Of a stretch of DNA of 64,000 bases, positions 50,158-63,334 are shown piece by piece. The position numbers were made by a program, and so were the translations under genes. The stretch is from Octopus vulgaris. Lineage: Eukaryota. The stretch covers positions 40,858,001 to 40,922,000 of the forward strand of contig OX597817.1 of the NCBI GenBank assembly GCA_951406725.2. The letters are read 5' to 3'. Position 1 is the first letter of the stretch, and every line of letters begins with the position of its first letter. Below the pieces are notes generated by a model. That model worked only from the letters and a program-made list of their open reading frames with translations. It did not search any database and was not told where the DNA came from.

Positions 50158-51246
50158 GAGGACAGCACTCTTCGCCCTATGAGATGACATCTGGTGTGCT
50201 GCAGGGATCTGTTCTTGGCCCCCTTTTATTTGTTGCATATGTTAATGACATAGATGCCAACTTAAAGAATGCCACAGTGCTGAAATATGCAGATGACATC
50301 AAGCTGTACCTCGAAATAAAGAGGTCAAATCCTGTACACTATGGATCTCTATTGCAAGCAGACCTGGACACAATGCAGCAGTGGATCATGGACTGGCAAC
50401 TCAAGCTGGCTGTGGACAAATGTACCACCATGCATTTTGGGAGGAGAAACCCAGCGTCCACCTACTCCCTCCACAACACTAGTCTCAAAAAGTCTTCAAG
50501 TGAATGTGACCTGGGTGTTATTGTCGACAGTGATTTGCGTTGGACAAAACACATCGCTAAAATTGTCAAGAAGGCTGAGGGTGTCTTGGCATCACTCACC
50601 AAATCCTTTGTGAGCCGCTCTCCGGCTATCTATCTGCGGCTTTATATAGCTATGGTAAGACCTCACCTGGAATTTGCATCACTGGTCTGGAACCCCTATC
50701 TTGCCCAGGACATCAATCGTCTGGAAGCTGTTCAGCGACGTGCAACCAAAAGAATACCCTCCATCAGGCATTTGCCATATCCTGAACGCCTTACTTCCCT
50801 GGGCATGGACACATTGAAACTCCGACGTCTGGCAGCTGACTTGGCAGACACCCATAAAATTATCAACCATCGCACAAACAATAACTCTGAGTACCTCTTC
50901 AAACTCCACCCATCTAACACCCGTGGACATATTTACAAAGTAAGAAAACAGCACAGCTCCCATGACTTCAGGAAACATTTTTTCACGCTGAGAGTTGCTG
51001 AAGCGTGGAACAAACTGCCGGCATCGGTTGTTAGTTGTCGGAGCACTGCATCCTTCAAAACTTCCATGCTTCCTGAGATTCGCCAACACTACACTTGATT
51101 TTCTCCCCTCCATACACACACAAGCATGTTCACTTTCCAGACATTTCTACATTACTGCATGTACTTTATATGCACTTTCTGACAAGTTGTGGTGCACCTG
51201 AGCACTGTATACAATAATTTCATTATTATTATTATTATTATTATTA
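50158..51246 (+). mobile_element. 5'-truncated CR1-clade LINE, RT C-terminal half with uninterrupted frame, (TTA)n tail
   Basis: ORF 50145..51098: TSGVLQGSVLGPLLFVAYVND, LKYADDIKLY, DLGVIVDSDLRWTKH, VRPHLEFA..WNP, RVAEAWNKLP. Confidence 0.93.
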
Positions 51247-51931
51247 TAAATACAAGCCAAAAATAAAAATAGGACAGTAAATTAACAGATTGTTTACAAA
51301 AGAACGGCATTTGTCTCAAATAGCATGTCAGTAAAATATTATTCATTGTATAAAGTAAAAACGACATAATTATGATCATGTGGTGTGTATGTAATTAAGA
51401 TTTACAGACACTTAGCTAGTACTAATAACACAATGTAAACAAATGTAGACCATAAACCAACAGAAATAGTTAAAGGATGAGAACAGAAAGCAGAATTAGA
51501 ACTCGCTCTTTCCATCAAATCAACGTTAACTGTACAGGTGCATGGTGTGCCACATGTCAGAACAGCATGAAATGGAGTGTTTTGCTCAAGAACACACTGC
51601 ACGGTCCAGTCCAGGAATTGAAACCCTGATCTGACAAACATGAATGCAACACCCTAACCACTGGCCCACTTACCTTCACTATGTCTAAGAAATTAATGGA
51701 AGTATTACAGGTGTTGGAGATGAATTGCAGTATGGTTTGGAAATAGTTATGTAGGTTATGAAAAATGTGAGTGACTTACTGTTTAGTGCATGAGGTGGCA
51801 CTGATGCAATTATCAAGGTACTAGCAGAGTGATAGGCTTTTTATTCGTAATTTATTCCATTAATGCCTACCCTAATTATTGACTTGCACCATAGCCTACT
51901 TTCAGCATAACACACACTTATCACATATATA

Positions 51932-52172
51932 AAGGGTAAAGACCCCCTTCGGTCATGAATGACCATGGGATTGCACCTAGAAAGTTACCCTCCTAGACAC
52001 AAGTCCGGGCAAGGTTGTTTTATGGAAGACCAGCAGTCGCCCATGCATACCAGCCTCCCCTCTCCACGTCACCAGTGTTATCCAAGGGAAAGACAAAGGT
52101 CGATACAGCTTGGCACCAGTGACGTCGCAATTCATTTCTACAGCTGAGTGAACTGGAGCAACGTGAAATAAA

Positions 52173-52174
<2 letters not shown>
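51932..52174 (-). mobile_element. 5'-truncated SINE sharing the family C core
   Basis: Minus strand starts actttatttcacgttgctccagttcactcagctg, as in 38260-38592, but has a different 3' half. Confidence 0.6.
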
Positions 52175-52206
<32 letters not shown>

Positions 52207-52214
<8 letters not shown>

Positions 52215-52344
52215 CCAATGGTACCCTTGTTAACTCAAAAATAAAGTGTACACACACACATTATATATATATATATATATATATATATAATGTGTGTGTG
52301 TACACTTTATTTGTGAGTTAACAAGGGTACCATTGGTTTCATAT
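52207..52344. repeat. 138-bp near-perfect palindrome centred on (TA)n
   Basis: atatgaaaccaatggtacccttgttaactcaaaaataaagtgtacacacacacat(ta)n mirrored with one mismatch (52238/52313). Confidence 0.92.
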
Positions 52345-52574
52345 CGAGAGAAATTTCAACAATTATCAATCCTGCCACATGTGACATTGGTGCTCTCCTC
52401 CATCTTGGATGGATGGGAACACCAATTGTTGAGATTTTTCTCAACATGAAACCAATGGCAGCATGGTTAACTCACAAATAAAGAATATTTATCCACTAAT
52501 GCAGTGTTGAGCACACATTCTCACTGTTCAATATTAAAGTGTGTTTGTGTATATATTCATATATATATGAATAC

Positions 52575-53032
52575 ATCATCATCGTTTAACGTCTGCTTTC
52601 CATGCTAGCATGGATTGGACGATTTGACTGAGGACTAGCGAACCAGATGGCTGCACCAGATTCCTATCTTGATCTGGCGTAGTTTCTACAGCTGGATACC
52701 CTTCCTAATGCCAACCACTCCGAGTGTGTAGTGGGTGCTTTCATGTGCCACTAAGGCGACACTGGTAACTTGAATGGTGCCTTTTACGTGCCACCGGCAT
52801 GGAAGCCAGTTAACCGCTCTGTCAACGATCACATTCGGATGGTGCTCTTAGCACCCCACTAGCACGGGTACCAGTCATCGAATTTGATTTTGATTTCACT
52901 TGCTTCAACAGGTCTTCGCAAGCAGAGCTTAGTGTCCAAAGAAGGAAAGGTACACATAAGTGGGCTGGTTACACCCCTGGCATAGGCCACGAGGTTATGG
53001 TCTCATTTGGCTTGCCAGGTCTTCTCAAGCAC
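52575..53032 (-). mobile_element. RTE LINE 3' end fragment
   Basis: catcatcatcgtttaacgtctgctttccatgctagc... homologous to 27083-27630. Confidence 0.82.
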
Positions 53033-53099
53033 ATAAAAATATATGTATATATATATTTATATAAATATTTATATATATATATATTGATATATATATATA

Positions 53100-54108
53100 C
53101 TAGCAGTATCACCTGCTGTTGCTTGGGTTTGTTTCGACCCTTTAGAATTGGAATTTTTGAAAAGTAAAAATTTTGCATTATGCAACTTGTTATTCTCTTC
53201 AAGTGAACATTTTTCCAGTTGAAATACACTGAAAAATGGTGAAACAGCAGTCAAAAATCGTCAATAATTTTTGGTGTTAACATGGTCCGATTTGAATTTT
53301 ATCTTCTACAGAATGAAGAGTAACCCTTCTTCTATGATACTCTCAATTTTGGTCAACTCGCGCTGCAGGGTCTCGAAGGAGATAGTGTTAGTTGAAGGCT
53401 ACCAAACCTGCCACACACAGACAACTTCAGCTTTATATATATAGATTTGCTACACACTACATTCCATCCTTAATAATGAAACTTGGTAGATCCAAAAGTT
53501 AAACACACAGACACACAAGTTGAGTTTTATATATATAGATTTCTCAACGGGGATTTCAGGGGAGAGTTTCAAGGAGTCGCTGGCGATGTATCGTGATGAT
53601 CAAAAATCCGGCCTGCTAAAATTTGGTTAAAGTGATTCAAACTGCAGACTCAACACAAAATGGTCACATTTAATTCAAAGCGTTAAAAATGTTATGAAAC
53701 AATTGGTGTGTGTTCACAAAATCCAAACAATTAATACAAAAAAACCCTCCAGGCTACATCCCCAAAATTCATTTCTTTGCCGAATTTCTACAATGTTTAC
53801 GGCGATTTGTTTTTATATATTGATTTTTTTATTTTTCATGCAATTTACGCATGCTTGCACGTGTGGTGAACACGGTTCATGTCAAACAGCTGACTGAGTA
53901 AAGTTCACTATTCAATGCATGGGATAAGGCCTAAACAAACACATTATCGATTTTTGCACTTGCGAGATGTATTTCGGAATAGAAATAGCGCAGTTCAATT
54001 TTCATTCGCCTAAACTTTAAGTGACCCATTTTTTGGTGGTTCTACGATTTGTTGGCTAGGGGGAGATGTGCCAAGTTAAACACACAAGTTAAGTTTTATA
54101 TATATAGA
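53100..54108 (-). mobile_element. Composite non-autonomous Helitron: one 3' CTAG end, three 5' TC ends
   Basis: 3' end aacccaagcaacagcaggtgatactgCTAG|t at 53100. TCtatatatataaa-type 5' ends at 53445, 53539 and 54108. Confidence 0.7.
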
Positions 54109-54241
54109 TATATGGTAAATGGATGTTAAATGATGATGATATATACACTTATCTACTAATGTGAATAGACATAAAACTGTATTTTTAATTATTGCCAACT
54201 TCAACTTTAATGATCATTCTTTCTTTCTTTCCTTCACGCAG

Positions 54242-54489
54242 ATACTGGTCATGGTACGCTGTATACATCTGGGCAAGATGGTATCATCTACTCTAAATCT
54301 TTGGAACGCCATTTTTATCCGAGTTTATATGAAGTTACTGATTTCTACAAAATAAAATCTATGACTGGTGTCTACTTTGCCAGCAGAATACAAGCAGATA
54401 GTAGTATTTCAACAGTGATCACCTTTGACCGAGGAGGTATTTGGCAAGAGATTGAACCCCCAGTGGGTGTTCCTTGTGCAGACAAAACG
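54242..54489 (+). CDS. SORT1: Sortilin exon 11
   Basis: cacgcag|(D)TGHGTLYTSGQDGIIYSKSLERHFYPSLYEVTDFYKIKSMTGVYFASRIQADSSISTVITFDRGGIWQEIEPPVGVPCADKT|gtaaag, phase 1-0. Confidence 0.95.
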
Positions 54490-55327
54490 GTAAAGATATT
54501 TTCCCTGAGAGACTGAAAAGTTCTTTTCGTGTTTGCATGGATTTGGATAGTCCTTCAAGTATTCTTTATAATACTAATGACCCAATCTTAATCAATTCCT
54601 TTATGCATATAACAACCCCATTAGAAATGTTTAGGCTTATGACTTTGAACAGACATTAGCTTGGCTAATTATCTTCATTGCCATACAGCTTTGGTTGTTT
54701 CTTGGATTGATAGCATCTCCTGTAGTCTAGTCCTTTCACATTCAGATTACTTTGTCAAATGTAATGTTTAGCAGAATCATTAGCATGCTGGACGAAATGC
54801 TTAGTGGTATTTTGCCCATCGCTTACATTCTGAGTTCAAATTCCACTGAGGTTGACTTTGCCTTTCAATCTTTTGAGAGTCAATTAAGTACCAGTGAAAC
54901 ATTGGGGTCGATGTAATCAACTAGTCCTCTTCCCACAAATCTGAGGCCTTGTGCCTCAAATAGGAAGGATTATTTTAGATCAATGATACATTATCTCATA
55001 GCTTTGAGATTTTAATGATGTAATTGTTTATTTTTAGAATGACATTGTAGGGTAGGTGTAAGAGGCCAAAAATGGCCAATTTGAATGCTAATGAGCTAGA
55101 GGATTATTGGTGTCCAGAATTCAAAACCAACGAAATACTTGTCACTTATACCCTGTTTCTATCTTACGTCTATAGCTGTACTTTCTATAGTAAATAGTAT
55201 CTGCTTAATATCAGACAATGCCAATGGGAGTTAAACATCTTTAATAGAAAATTATTGCAGTACAATATACTGATAAAACATTTCAGTCACTTACACATTC
55301 ATAACTATCATAATTGTTAGCTACATA

Positions 55328-55762
55328 TAGTTAGTGGAGCACTAAGAGCACCATCCAAGCATGATCGTTGCCAGAGCAGCTGACTGGCTTCTGTGCCGGT
55401 GGCACATAAAAAGCTCCATTTGAGCATGATCATTACCAGTGTCACCTCACTGGCACATGAAAAACCATTCGAGCAAGGTCGTTGCCAGTGCCGCTGGACT
55501 GACTCCTGTGCAGGTGGCATGTATAAAAACACCATTTGAGCATGGCTGTCGCCAGTACCACCTGACTGGCCCTGTGTCAGTGGCACATAATGGCACCCAA
55601 TACACTCTTGGAGTGGTTGGCATTAGAAAGGGCATCAAGCTGTAGAAACTCTGCCAGATCAGATTGGAGCCTGGTGCAGCCATCTGATTCGCCAGTCCTC
55701 AGTCAAATCATCCAACCCATGCTAGAATGGAAAGCGGACATTAAACGATGATGATGACGATA
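55328..55762 (+). mobile_element. RTE LINE 3' UTR fragment with ~57-bp tandem repeats
   Basis: Repeated gagcatgatcgttgccag..ggcac units and tail ggaaagcggacattaaacgatgatgatg. Confidence 0.82.
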
Positions 55763-56476
55763 TATTTGTGTACTTAAGGAAAATATCTAATCTGGGTGAT
55801 ATAATACAATGCGATCTGTTGGTAATTTTAGAATTAACATTCTGAAACACTTTAGCCTATTTGAAACATTGAACTTGTTTAATTAACTTCTATAAGCAGA
55901 ACTTAATGCAGTTCTCAAGCATAAAAATCTTGGTCTTAGTTCCCCCTGTACTTTTGAGCATATAAGACTGCAAATTGATGCCACTAGTTTCTGTTGGCTG
56001 CAGTTTTCTCTTCATTCAACCATGTGATATTGGCCCTTCTCAAGTCAGTCGGGAATGTTCTGTGCCATGCTGTTTTCAGTCTACCTCTTTTTTTCCCCTC
56101 TGGTGTTGTCCATTTGAAAACTTTCTTTTGAATGGGTTGTTCTGGTAGCTTGGAGTATGTGATGTGCTTGTTTAGTCCCCGTCGTCAGAGCAATACTTAC
56201 CAGCTTAATGTAGGACACCAAATTGTGACCTAAATTTTTGAACTCAATGATCTTGTCTAGAGTAATAAACAGGTGTACATGTAGATATATAATCAAACTA
56301 ATTTGGGGTAATATTTGACAGATTATACACTAGAGTACTTGTAATGATAATAAAATGAAGAACATAGGTAAAATCATTCATTAATTGTTCATTGTTATTG
56401 CTTATGAACCTAAACTGTTATAAAGTTGTGTATAAGGAGAAAATACATGATCTTCTGATAATCTTTGTTGTTACAG

Positions 56477-56582
56477 AAAAGCTGTCATCTCCATGTCCAC
56501 AATGTGTTCAGTAAGAAGCAGCATGTTAATGTTGAAGTACCTCTCAGTACTCCAAGTGCTGTTGGTTTAATTTTAGTACATG
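56477..56582 (+). CDS. SORT1: Sortilin exon 12
   Basis: gttacag|KSCHLHVHNVFSKKQHVNVEVPLSTPSAVGLILVH(G)|gtaagt. Compare CSLHIH..PLSEPNAVGIVIAHG. Confidence 0.94.
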
Positions 56583-56692
56583 GTAAGTTATAAATTTCAT
56601 TTTATAGAATTTTGAAGGTTTGTGTTTGAAAGTTTCAAGCATTTAACCCTTTTGTTACTACATTCCTTTTGAAATGCAGTTACATTCTCTGT

Positions 56693-57660
56693 CTCTTTTA
56701 CTTGTTTCAGTCATTTGACTGTGGCCATGTTGGAGTAACGCCTTTAGTTGAGCAAATCGACCCCAGGACTTATTCTTTGGATGCCTAGTACTTATTCTAT
56801 CGGTCTCTTTTGCCGAACCGCTAAGTTACGGGGACATAAACACACCAGCATCGGTTGTCAAGCGATGTTGGGGGGACAAACACAGACACAAACATATACA
56901 CACATACATACATATACATATATATATCATCATCATCATTGTCGTTTAATGTCTGCTTTCCATGCTAGCATGGGTTGGACGATTTTGACTGAGGGCTGGC
57001 GAACCAGATGGCTGCACCAGGCTCCAATCTTGATTTGGCAGAGTTTCTACAGCTGGATGCCCTTCCTAACGCCAACCACTCCGTGAGTGTAGTGGGTGCT
57101 TTTTAAGTGTCACCGGCACGGGGCCAGTCAGGTGGTACAGGGAACGACCTCGCTCAAATCTTTTTACACATGCTACCAGCACAGGTGCCAGTAAGGCGAC
57201 GTTGGTAACGATCATGCTTGAATGATGCCCTTTTACGTGCCACCGGCACGGAAGCCAGTTGACTGCTCTGGTAACGATCACGCTCGGATGGTGCTCTTGG
57301 CACCCTACTAGCACAGGCACAAGTGCCAGTAAGGCGACGCTGGTAACGATCACACTCGCACGCTCGTATGGTGCTCTTTGCACCCCGCTAGTATGGATGC
57401 CAGCCATCAAATGTGATTCTGATTTTGATTTCACTTGCCCCAACAGGTCTTCGCAAGCAGACACATAAGCGGGCTGGTTATGCTCCTGGCATGGGCCACA
57501 GGTTATGGTCTCATTTGGCTTTCAGTTTCCGTCTACCAAATCCACTCACATGGCTTTGGTCAGCCCGAGGCTATAGTAGAAGATATTTGCCCATGGTGCC
57601 ACGCAGTGGGCCGGAACCATGAGGTTCGTAAGCAAGCTACTTACCACACAGCCACTCCTA
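56693..57660 (-). mobile_element. SINE family B split by a nested RTE 3' end (~56927-57520)
   Basis: SINE 3' part 56693-56925 and 5' part 57520-57660 flank an RTE tail that starts catcatcatcattgtcgtttaa inside the SINE's internal microsatellite. Confidence 0.8.
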
Positions 57661-59322
57661 TAAATTTTGAAAATAAAGATGATTCTGTTAAAACAACCTC
57701 TTTATTATTCAGCTGGTGTTTGGAACATAAATTAGTATGGAATTTTGTTGGAAGATTTTAATTTGAATTACTTTAAAACAGTATTTATTTCTGTAGTTTC
57801 AACTCATAAAGTTGTGGCCAATGCCAGTGCTGTCTGACTGGCACGTAAAAAGCACTGTTTGAGTGTTGGGCTCATGAAGACAGTGATATCAAGCCAAGTG
57901 AGATCGTAGTTGTGGCTGATGCCAGTGTCGTGTAACTAGCCTGTTAAAAACACCCTTCAATCATTGGGCAATATGCTGTGCTCTTGATAACTTGTCAAAC
58001 CAAGTGAAATCATAGTCATGGCCAATGCCAGTGCCATCTAACTGGCACCCATGCTGGTGGCGTGTAAAAAGCACCATTTGAACATTGGGTCTCATGGAGG
58101 CAGTGACAGGTGACCAAGACCTTTGGCAATATGCCTTGCTTATGTAGCCCTGTCAAGCTAAGTGAAACCGTAGTCATGGCCAATGCTGGTGTCAGGTCAT
58201 TGGTAACACATAAAAAACACTCACTACACTCTTGGAAAGATTGGCAGAAGGAAGAGTATTCAGCCATAGAAACCTTGCCAAATCAGATCGGAACCTGGTT
58301 CACCAGTTTTCGGCCAAACCGTCCACCCCATTCCAGTATGAAAAGTGGATGTTAAATGATGATGATGATGAATTTTTCTGCATTTCATATTATGTTTTAG
58401 GGCTTTTTAAAAAATTTTTACGCCTTTTTCTTCTTTCAATCATAACCACTTCTTTTGTTTCTCATTGCTGCAACCATTAATGTTTAAGAAATATTGTGGA
58501 AGCAGAATTGACAAACATGATTTCATATGGTTTCACTTGCTCACAAGATAGTCAAAATTCTCAGGTTATTTTTATAAGTATGAAAGACAACACATTCTTT
58601 CTTTATTCTTTTACTTCTTTCAGTCATTGTTCTGTCCCTATGCTGGGGCACCACCTTGAAGGACTTGATTGAATAAAAAGATGCTAGAACTTATTCCTTT
58701 TAAGCTTAATACATATTCTCTCAACATCTTGAATAAAGCCACTACTACCCCTCCTTAGTTGGGCTGGCCTTTTTCCTATTTTTATCTTGCAAGTTACTTG
58801 GTGGCTTGAAAAAAGTACCAAGTACACACTGTGATTGGTGTTAGGAAAGGCATCCAGCTCTAGAAACCATGTCAAGCTGACACTGGAGCTCAGTGTGGCT
58901 CACCAGATCCTGTCAAACTGTCCAACCCATGCCAGCCTGGAAAATGGTTGTTAAATGATGATGGAAGTGATGATTTACAGCTCGATACACTTCCTAGCAC
59001 CAACCACTTCACAATGTGGACTGGCTTTATTGTATTGTGTCACCAGTACTGGAGTTCACCTCTGGCAGGGACTAAAGAGTTCTATATTTTATCAGCTGTT
59101 TTCAGAGTTGCTATTCTCCTAGGTGACCTGTTTTCACTGTTGCTTGTGGTATCCACATCACCTAGTGTTTATCATTGTGCACAGAATCTATGTCATTTAT
59201 TATGCATCCTAATTCTAGTACATCTTGCATTGTTTCCTCTGTTTCGTAAAATAGCAGTGAATTTAAAGAGATAATTTTTAGATATAATACATTTTACATG
59301 CCAAACTTTTTTGTGTTTTCAG

Positions 59323-59399
59323 GTCATGTAGCAAATACTTTGCAGACCACTGAACCTGATGTTTTTGTCTCCAGTGATGGTGGTTATAAATGGCATAAA
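59323..59399 (+). CDS. SORT1: Sortilin exon 13
   Basis: ttttcag|(G)HVANTLQTTEPDVFVSSDGGYKWHK|gtaagt. Compare PDVYISDDGGYSW. Confidence 0.95.
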
Positions 59400-59471
59400 G
59401 TAAGTAAGGATAACATATTTATTTTGCATTTTTATTTTCAACAGCAATGCGGTGTATTGTGTCAGATTTAA

Positions 59472-59691
59472 CCCTTTAGTGTTTAAACCGGCCATATCCG
59501 GCCAAAATATTCTACCTGTTTTATGTTCAAACTAGTCAGATATGGTCATTCATAGCTACCTTATTGTGTCATTTTAAAAATAAACAATCACATCATTGAA
59601 ATCTCAAAGCCATGAAATGATGCAAGATAAATTTTACATGGTATGAATACATAAGCTTTACATTTGACAGAATAATCTGAATGCTAAAGGG
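59472..59691. mobile_element. piggyBac-type MITE (220 bp) with TTAA target duplications
   Basis: TTAA|CCCTTTAGtgTT ... AAtgCTAAAGGG|TTAA. Related decayed copies at ~18030-18250, ~42025-42218 and ~54730-55095. Confidence 0.78.
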
Positions 59692-60145
59692 TTAAGATAG
59701 TTATTATTGGGATAATGATTTAATTTAGTAATTTTAACACTAACCAATCAAGGCTTGATTAAAGTATAAATTACAGTTAATGGTAACAATATGTCATCAT
59801 CATCATTGTTTTGACATCTTTTCCATGCTTGCATGGGTCTGATGGAGTTTATTGAGGTAGATTTTCTATGGATAGATGCTCTTCTTGTTTCCAGCATTCA
59901 CCTGTTTCCAAGCAAGGTAGCATTTTACCATAACCAGACATGTTTTCACAGAATACTGGAAATGAATAACAGTGCTTATATGAGAGTGACACTCATCTAG
60001 AGCTCTTGTCAAATCATCCAACCCATTCCAGAATGGAAAACGGACAATAAATGATGATGGCAATGACTTTTATGCTTCTCCATCGTTAATGAGCCTTCAC
60101 TCTTGTCATAGGTGTTCTTCATCTGTAATGTTTGTTTAATTTCAG

Positions 60146-60419
60146 GCTCTTGATAAAGCTCACCATTATCAAATTGCTGATAGCGGAGGCCTCTTAGTGG
60201 CTGTTCCTTCTGAGAAATTTCCAAAGTATATCAGATTCTCAACCGATGAAGGACATTGTTGGCATGACTACAAATTTACTAATGAGAACATCAGTTTTAC
60301 TGGTCTGCTTACAGAACCAGGTTCTCAATCAATGTCTGTTAGCATCTGGGGATTCCGTCAATCTGATAGCAAATGGAAGGTGCATATTATTGACTTCAAA
60401 AATGTTATCCATCAAAAAT
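60146..60419 (+). CDS. SORT1: Sortilin exon 14
   Basis: atttcag|ALDKAHHYQIADSGGLLVAV..IRFSTDEGHCWHDYKFT..FTGLLTEPGSQSMSVSIWGF..WKVHIIDFKNVIHQK(C)|gtgagt, phase 0-1. Confidence 0.96.
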
Positions 60420-61894
60420 GTGAGTATGGTTTTCAATTATTGATATATAGGTGCACTTTGTAATGTAAGAATGTAGTTGTTTTTCTTTCTTTCTTTTTTT
60501 TTCTTTCTTTCTTTCTTTCTTTTGTAAGCTTCCTATAGTTGTTTTTTAGGTCATCAGTGTTTGCATTACTGTATTTTTGCATCATTTTAACATTTGCTTA
60601 TCCAAAGCATTTAAGTTTTTCCTAAACATCCATGTTTATTTTCAGACTTTTAGTTCGCCATTGATCCATATGTTTTCAGTAATACAAAGCTTTTCTTTCA
60701 TAAGTCCTGAGTTACTTTAGTGACGAAAAATAATTATGAATGTTTATCATATGTTCTTTGTATCACATATACACAGCAGGCCAGGTGGAGGGTTAACGGC
60801 TACTTTTCCATGCTTGCTTGGGTTGGGTGGAATTTGGTGAAGCAGATTTTTGTGACCAGTTGCATTTCCTGTTGCCAAGCAAGGTAATATTTCCCCATGG
60901 CACAAGGACACCACTTGAATGACAATGACACACATTTACAACTATTATAATATCCAAGCTAGGAGACAGTAACTCATCATCATCATCATTTAACGTCCAT
61001 TGTCCATGCTGGCATGGATTGGACAATTTGATTGGGCTGGCATGCTGGAAGGCTGTGCCAGGATTCAGTTTAATTTGGCATGGTTTTCTATGGCTGGATG
61101 CCCTTCCTAATGCCAACCACCCTTAGAGTGTAATAGATGCCTTTACATGCCACCAGAACAGGTGCCATTTGCATGACATCAGTATCTGCCATGACTGCGA
61201 TTTTGCTTGGCTATGCCAAAGGTTTTGGTCATTGCCTCCATGAGGCCCAACACTTGAAAGGAACTCAGCCACCTCACCTCCATGAGACCTGTTCAAAAGA
61301 AACTCAGCCGCCTCACCTCCATGAAGCCCAACACTCGAAAGGAACTCAACCACTTTGCCTCCATGTGGCCCAGGAGCTTGGCTACTTTGCCTCCATGAGA
61401 CCCACACATGCATATATTTGTATGTGTGTGTATTATGATGGACCTCTTTCAGTTTTTATCCACCAAATCTACTCACAAGGTTTTTGATCAGCTTGAGATC
61501 ATAGTAGAAGACACTTGTCTGAGGTGTCACACTAGTGGCATCTGGACACAAAGCCATGTACTTGGGAAACAAACTTCTTACCCCACATCTGTGCTTGCAC
61601 CCATATCTTCTGCTGTATCTTAAAATATTTTTCCATTGTAGTTTTGTTGTGGGCATTTATTATCTTGGTTGATGCTGTGTATGCTATGTGGAGTACGTTT
61701 GCATTTTGTAGAACTGGTTGCTGTCATTGTTCTTTAACACTGCATCAGCTCTGATCCAGCAAATGTTCAACCAGCAACCATCCTGTTTTCTCATGGTATC
61801 TGAGACTAAGATAAGGGAAATTTAACTATTGTTTTTAGTAGGCCAAGCAACAATACTGTGACTCGCTAATATCATTGTCCACTACTCTGTACAT

Positions 61895-62262
61895 CACCAT
61901 CATCATCATTTAACGTCCGCTTTCCATGCTAGCATGGGTTGGACGATTTGACTGAGGACTGGCTAACCAGATGGCTGCACCAGACTCCAATCTGATCTGG
62001 CAGAGTTTCTACTGCTGGATGCCCTTCCTAACACCAACCACTCCAAGAGTGTAGTGGGTGCTTTTACGTGCCACCGGCACGAGGGCCAGTCTGGTGGTAC
62101 TAGCAACGGCCACACTCAAATGGTGTTTGTTATGTGCCACCTGCACAGGAGTCAGTCCAGCGGCACTGACAATGACCTCGTTCAAATGTTTTGTTTACGT
62201 GCCAGTAAGGCGATGCTGGTAACGATCATGCTCAAATGGTGCTTTTTACATGTCACCGGCAA
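61895..62262 (-). mobile_element. RTE LINE 3' end fragment
   Basis: catcatcatcatttaacgtccgctttccatgctagcatgggttggacg plus internal tandem units. Confidence 0.82.
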
Positions 62263-63334
62263 AGAGTATTATTGAAGCACCTGTGCCAGGTATCAGTCAC
62301 CTGTGCTAGTACTGTGTATAAGGTACCTAGGCTGAAAGGATGTAAGGCAATGTCAGCCATGGCAAAATTTAAACTCAGAACGTTAAGGTAAACAAAATGC
62401 CACTAAGCATTTTTGCCCAGCATGCTAACAGTCCTGCCAGCTCTCCACTGTGTGGTTGATATTGATTTATCTTTCTCGGTCAACTTTTTTACCAATTGAC
62501 CAGTGTGCCAGCTGTCACCATTTTTTTTTTTTTTTTTTTTTGCATTAATTAGTTTTAGAATTGAATTTCCTAATATTGAAAATCCCAGTTATCTGGACAT
62601 TAAGCTCTTAGCTCTGATCAGATGGAGCTGTGATTAAACAGTAGGCTCAGTTTTGAGGGAGATTGCTATTTCTAGCATATCAGTTGACTACTGATAAACT
62701 CCGTCATAGATTATATAAATGGAATATGGTGAGAGAAGAGAATAAATATTAAAAATCAATTTTTAAAAAGGAATACTTGAATTTGGGGGCAGAAATTATT
62801 AAAAACATATTAAATGGAAATAAAAGCTTGTATAGGAAATTCAGGAAATTTTAAATAAATGCACAAGCATGGCTGTGTGGTTAAGAAGCTTGCTTGCCAA
62901 CCATTTGGTCTTGGGTTCAGTCCCACTGCATAGCACTTTGAGAAAGTGTCTTCTAATATAGCCCTGGACTGACCAAAGCGTTGTGAGTGGATTTGGTAGA
63001 TAACGGCTGAAAGAAGCTTATTATATGTAATGTGTATATATTTTGTGCTTGTGTCTACCCTTGTTAAACACTTGATGACTGTAAATGAGAATCATCATCT
63101 TACAAGTAAAGTGGTTTGTTTCCAGTATTCTGTGAAAAACATCTGATGGGAAAATACTAGCTTGGTTGGAAAGAGCTGAGGGTCGGTAACAAGAAGCGCA
63201 AACCAGCTGTAGTAAATCTGCCTCAACAAATTTTGTCTTATCCATTCTAGCATGGAAAACAAAATAATTGACTTTTAGTTGTGTCTCCCTGTTTTTATGT
63301 TTTATTTCTGATTTCTCCTTTCTCTTACGTTAAG

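Noticed and set aside
55345-55595. Regularly spaced repeats resembling a CRISPR array
   Set aside because: The whole unit is degenerate with no unique spacers, there are no cas genes, and the context is eukaryotic. It is the RTE 3' UTR tandem array.
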